Positions 60,201 through 64,000 of a DNA stretch of 64,000 nt are shown here, in pieces (the first letter of the stretch is position 1; every line of letters starts with the position of its first letter). The position numbers and the translations under genes are program-made. Source of the stretch: an uncultured delta proteobacterium. GTDB lineage: Bacteria; Desulfobacterota; Syntrophia; Syntrophales; Smithellaceae. The DNA lies in contig CAVWEH010000006.1 in the NCBI GenBank assembly GCA_963753975.1, positions 1 to 64,000 of the forward strand. The letters run 5' to 3'. The notes beneath the pieces were generated by a model that was not told the DNA's origin, did no database searches, and saw nothing but the letters and a program-made list of their open reading frames with translations.

Positions 60201-61943
60201 ATGTTCTCTGAAAGGAATAAATATATTATGATAAGAAAACCAGTTCGCTTCAAAAAGATATATGCGGCAACTGCTATTTTAGCGTTGCTATTAGCATCTT
60301 CTGTGGGAATCTGCGGCAGTTCATCGTCTTATGCCGCGTCTGATGTCCATGCGTCATCTACAGCCTGGAGCTTTGGCGTTATGGGCGATACCCAGTGGAC
60401 ACTCGCTACCGACCCTGCCGGCAATAATCCCAACGGCGTTTCCGCATCGATTATTGACCAGATAAACCAACAGTTCATCAGCAAAGGCGTGAAGTTCGTC
60501 ATTCAGGTTGGTGATTTAACCGAGAACGGCAATGATGCCGCCATCGCCTCGCGCGCCGTCGCCGCGCAGGTGCTCTACAATGCAGGCATAGGATTTTTTC
60601 CCATGCGCGGCAACCACGAAACGTCCGCCAAACCAGCCAACGGCTATGCCATTGCGGCATTCCGAACCAACTTCCCACAAACGCAGTGCTTGAGCAAAAC
60701 GTTCGGAGCCACCAACTGCAGCAGTCCTTCCTCGGTCAGCAGTGATCTTACCGGCATGAGCTACTCTTTCGATTACGGTTCGACGGGCAATAATGCCCGT
60801 TTCGTCATTATCGATGATTGGGCGACGCCGAGCAAAAGAGTTGACGCCGCCGACTATCCATACGGTTATTCCATCTCCGATCAGCAGTCTTGGATTAGCA
60901 GTCGCCTGGACAAGAACACTCGCAACGTCCGGCATGCCTTTGTCTTCTCCCACCAACCCTTTATAGCCGAGAACCACCAGGATTCTCTTTTTAGCGGCTA
61001 TACGAACGCGAACCCGGACATGCAAAACGTCTTCTTCGCCAGCTTGCAGAATAATAACGTCAGGTATTACATCAGCGGTCACGACCACATTCACCAGCGG
61101 TCCATCATCGTAAGCCCCGACGGCATTTCGAGAATTCAGGAACTCATCAGCGCCTCCGCCAGCAGTAAGTTCTACACGCCCAAGGATCTGATTGACACCA
61201 AATGGTATGGGCAGAAGTCGCGTGAGACTTCCGTGTCCCAGGAATTGTATACGGTCGGTTACTATATATTCACTATCGATGGCCCTCGCGTGACTGTCGA
61301 TTACTACTCCGACGACCACGGCGGCTGGCTGTCAGACGAAAACTATCCGGCTGCGACCAATAACGGCTTCACTAATAAGGTCACACCTGCCTTCAATTTC
61401 GTAAAGAAGGCGACCTGGGGTTATAGCCTGAATGGCAGGGAATTTCTTGTCGGCGGAACCAATGGTACTTCCTATACTGTGGTTCGGGACAACTGCGGTA
61501 ATACATCGGCAAATATTCTTGCCGGTACTTACAGCAACAACGTCAAGGACTACAACGGCCGCGTTCTCGCTCAGACCGTGGACACCGGCTGGTCACCCGG
61601 GCCGGCGGGCACACTAAGTAACATCCTTACACTCTGGGGCATGACCAGCGCCATGGGCAGCAATCAGAGCGACATGTATACGCTCTCCATGAGTTATGAC
61701 CCCAAGAGTGTGAATACTACGAAGGCAAAAAAAGGGTTTATCGGTTTAGCCACCCTAAGTGCCAATGGCAAGTGGGTTAACGCCGTATCCAAGAATATCG
61801 GCGGCACCCCGAGGTTCGTTTACGGCAAATGGAAATCCGGCTATGGTTTGGGCACATACGGCATCGACACCGGCACGAACACCGTTTGGGCGGTCCTAAA
61901 TTATAACGGTAATTTTGTCGTCGCTCCCGGATATGAACATTAG
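60201..61943 (+). CDS. Secreted calcineurin-like metallophosphoesterase
   Basis: Signal peptide; GDTQ, QVGDL, RGNHE, SHQP, SGHDH; aromatic/Gly-rich C-terminal domain. Confidence 0.85.
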   Translation: MFSERNKYIMIRKPVRFKKIYAATAILALLLASSVGICGSSSSYAASDVHASSTAWSFGVMGDTQWTLATDPAGNNPNGVSASIIDQINQQFISKGVKFVIQVGDLTENGNDAAIASRAVAAQVLYNAGIGFFPMRGNHETSAKPANGYAIAAFRTNFPQTQCLSKTFGATNCSSPSSVSSDLTGMSYSFDYGSTGNNARFVIIDDWATPSKRVDAADYPYGYSISDQQSWISSRLDKNTRNVRHAFVFSHQPFIAENHQDSLFSGYTNANPDMQNVFFASLQNNNVRYYISGHDHIHQRSIIVSPDGISRIQELISASASSKFYTPKDLIDTKWYGQKSRETSVSQELYTVGYYIFTIDGPRVTVDYYSDDHGGWLSDENYPAATNNGFTNKVTPAFNFVKKATWGYSLNGREFLVGGTNGTSYTVVRDNCGNTSANILAGTYSNNVKDYNGRVLAQTVDTGWSPGPAGTLSNILTLWGMTSAMGSNQSDMYTLSMSYDPKSVNTTKAKKGFIGLATLSANGKWVNAVSKNIGGTPRFVYGKWKSGYGLGTYGIDTGTNTVWAVLNYNGNFVVAPGYEH

Positions 61944-62025
61944 GCAACAATGGTTCTGATCCTCAGGCAAAGAGAAGCCTAATGATAAAGTATTGCTTTT
62001 TCCACGATTGAACTCTTGAGGAATA

Positions 62026-62061
62026 TCGGTCCTGTAAGCAATTAAATATTAGCCGCAAAAT
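62026..62061 (-). repeat. Decayed copy F of the promoter module
   Basis: TCGGTCCTGTAAGCAATTAAATATTAGCCGCAAAAT against TCGGTCTTGTATGTCAATTAAATATTGACCGCAAAT in copy D; -35 disrupted. Confidence 0.6.
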
Positions 62062-62106
62062 ATAAGCTGAGGTATAGATGAGGCAGAAAGGGAATGTAAC
62101 CAGCGG

Positions 62107-62496
62107 TCATTCCCTGTTTTCACTATGGTCGTCAGATTCTAAGATGAATGGCAAGCGATTGGCAACAAAGAAAAGTACAAAGGATATAAAAAAGCTAATA
62201 CCGGCTACCGTGAAGGCGAGTGATTTTCCATGCCATAATCCCACAAACCAGCGACTGAAATCATCCGCAAAGAGCGCCGCCTTTCCGCCATATAGTTCCA
62301 AATCGCGCCTGTACGTCCGGGAATCTTCAGGCCTAAGCGGATAAGCAGATCCATTTATTATTTCGTAACCCAAAACACTGCCCGAATCGTCCCCGGCTGA
62401 CTGATAAATCAAGATAGCAATACCCAAACCAGCCACCATGATAATGGCGCCTATGAAGATAAGGCTTTCTTGCAGATCTGCGACTTTCCGTTTCAT
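62107..62496 (-). CDS. Hypothetical two-TM membrane protein
   Basis: Two hydrophobic segments flanking YRRDLELYGGKA...WHGKSLA. Confidence 0.6.
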   Translation of the reverse strand: MKRKVADLQESLIFIGAIIMVAGLGIAILIYQSAGDDSGSVLGYEIINGSAYPLRPEDSRTYRRDLELYGGKAALFADDFSRWFVGLWHGKSLAFTVAGISFFISFVLFFVANRLPFILESDDHSENRE

Positions 62497-62506
62497 AGCA
62501 GTTTTG

Positions 62507-63256
62507 TTAATTTGCGGCGTGGGCCTTCCCGACGTACCCGGGATCAAAGTTCGCCATGATCGCCCGACGCGTTTTGTCGATTAGCTCTTGAACGGTTTCG
62601 GCGGTATAGCCGCTGGTATCGATGGGGTCCCCGATGACGACCTGGATCTTTCCCGGTTTCACCACGAGGCTTCCCTTGGGCAAAACGCGCCTACTTCCAT
62701 TGACGGTAACCGGCAGGATAGGGATCTTGCGCGCGATGGCTGCCATGAATCCCCCTTTTTTGAATTCGTGAATCTGCCCGTCGGGCGATCTGGTCCCTTC
62801 GGCAAACACCATTACGCCCGCATCTTTGGGCAGCCGATCCATGCCCTTGTTAATGCTCTCGATTGCCCTGGCGGTATTCACGCGGTCGATAAAGATGTTC
62901 CTGGAGGCGTAGAGCGCGTATCCGAAAATCGGGATTTTGAGAACTTCCTTTTTAATGAACCAGCGAAATTGAATGCCCAGCGTGGTGACCACCGCCAGGA
63001 TGTCGAAGAGCGACTGGTGGTTGGAAATAATGATATAGGATCTACCCTTCAGAATCTTCGCTCTGTTTTTTATTTCCGTACGGACAAAGGATACGGCCAG
63101 CATGGTGTAGGCCCAGAGCTTCGAAATGGAGAACGCTAGATTGCCGGTACGGCTCATGAGGCCCGCAACCATGACGGGAATGCCCAGGATAATGGTCGCC
63201 ACTGCCGCCCATAAAGCAAGCCACGCAACACGGATTGCCCTGAATAGTGATCTCAT
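62507..63256 (-). CDS. plsC: Lysophospholipid (1-acyl-sn-glycerol-3-phosphate) acyltransferase
   Basis: NHQSLFD (HX4D), FIDR, FAEGTRS, FKKGGF. Confidence 0.88.
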   Translation of the reverse strand: MRSLFRAIRVAWLALWAAVATIILGIPVMVAGLMSRTGNLAFSISKLWAYTMLAVSFVRTEIKNRAKILKGRSYIIISNHQSLFDILAVVTTLGIQFRWFIKKEVLKIPIFGYALYASRNIFIDRVNTARAIESINKGMDRLPKDAGVMVFAEGTRSPDGQIHEFKKGGFMAAIARKIPILPVTVNGSRRVLPKGSLVVKPGKIQVVIGDPIDTSGYTAETVQELIDKTRRAIMANFDPGYVGKAHAAN

Positions 63257-63350
63257 AGCATAGCTTCCTTTTATTATTTTATTCCATCACAAAAAATAGG
63301 TTCGTGTTACCTTGAGGTGCTCCCTTAAGAGATTGCTTGTTCATGATGGA

Positions 63351-63398
63351 ACTATAAAATTGTCGGTCTTGTATGTCAATTAAATATTGACCGCAAAT
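63351..63398 (-). promoter_or_regulatory. Repeated promoter module, copy D
   Basis: ACTATAAAATTGTCGGTCTTGTATGTCAATTAAATATTGACCGCAAA; 2 mismatches to copy B, which is 19 kb away. Confidence 0.8.
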
Positions 63399-63645
63399 TT
63401 TAATTAAATGCTTTGAACAATATTTACTTTAGAAACACCTCTTTAAGTCCCTCCTCTCGCCAATCACAATATCAATAGATAACGGCTACCAATATCCGCC
63501 TATTAAATTATCATTGCCCGCTTGGTTCTTATGTAGTAATCAACGCATAAGACTATGGCATTCTTCTGCAAGTGATAAAAATGCTTATTCTTTCCATTGT
63601 TTATTTTTTATGGGTGTATCAATATCTGATTATGAGGTAAAAGAA

Positions 63646-64000
63646 ATGAAAATCAAATATTGTTCAAAAGCAATAATAGGGCTGCTCGCGTTGTCTCTGG
63701 CGTTGCCGATGTCGCTTCCAGCGCAGGAACCGGGAGGGGACGCGGTCACACAGCAGCAGCTGATCTATTCACAGGAAGAGCTCGATAGGCTTCTTGCGCC
63801 AATAGCCCTGTATCCGGATACACTGCTTTCGCAGGTTCTTATGGCATCAACCTATCCTCTGGAAGTGGTCGAGGCGGACCGCTGGCTTAACAAGAATCAA
63901 AGTCTGACCGGGGATTCGCTGGATACGGCTCTTAAGGAAAAGTCTTGGGACGTCAGTGTAAAATCATTATGCCACTTTCCCAAGGTGCTGGCCATGATGA
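63646..64000 (+). CDS. Second DUF3300 protein (runs off the window end)
   Basis: Own translation: signal peptide then YSQEELDRLLAPIALYPDTLLSQVLMASTYPLEV...WDVSVKSLCHFP. Confidence 0.85.
   Translation, partial: MKIKYCSKAIIGLLALSLALPMSLPAQEPGGDAVTQQQLIYSQEELDRLLAPIALYPDTLLSQVLMASTYPLEVVEADRWLNKNQSLTGDSLDTALKEKSWDVSVKSLCHFPKVLAMM

Noticed and set aside
60516..61319. Long antisense ORFs (for example 60516-61319, 29412-30092, 58209-58802)
   Set aside because: They are shadows of well-supported genes on the opposite strand and contain no recognisable motifs.

Overview
64-kb window of an anaerobic deltaproteobacterial chromosome, probably Syntrophales/Smithella-like (inferred from gene content and order). 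About 1-34 kb is mostly housekeeping: tyrS, ymdB, rny, 6S RNA, zapA/B, dusB, purine genes, hpt, rplU-rpmA-obgE-proB, a KimA-like transporter, an acyl-CoA dehydrogenase-rubredoxin fusion, ogt, mntP and uvrC. About 34.4-45.7 kb is an accessory array of unrelated genes, all on the minus strand, including an AT-rich HNH-nSTAND ATPase-HEAT gene that looks like an NLR/Avs-type defence protein. Then come a cyclic beta-1,2-glucan synthase broken by many single-base indels (probably sequencing error), a PPi-type PFK, a LOG protein, lipid acyltransferases and a secreted phosphoesterase. The most unusual signal is non-coding. (1) A ~50-bp sigma70 promoter module recurs in front of unrelated genes, next to REP-like GGGACAG/GGGGTC motifs, suggesting a portable-promoter or gene-cassette system with no recombinase in the window. 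(2) A dispersed palindromic repeat sits in-frame (about 53 codons) inside mntP, supplies the ymdB stop codon and abuts the pfk RBS. (3) Two further MITE-like families are present. No CRISPR array, rRNA, tRNA or intact transposase was seen. All family assignments come from motif recognition by eye, not database searches.
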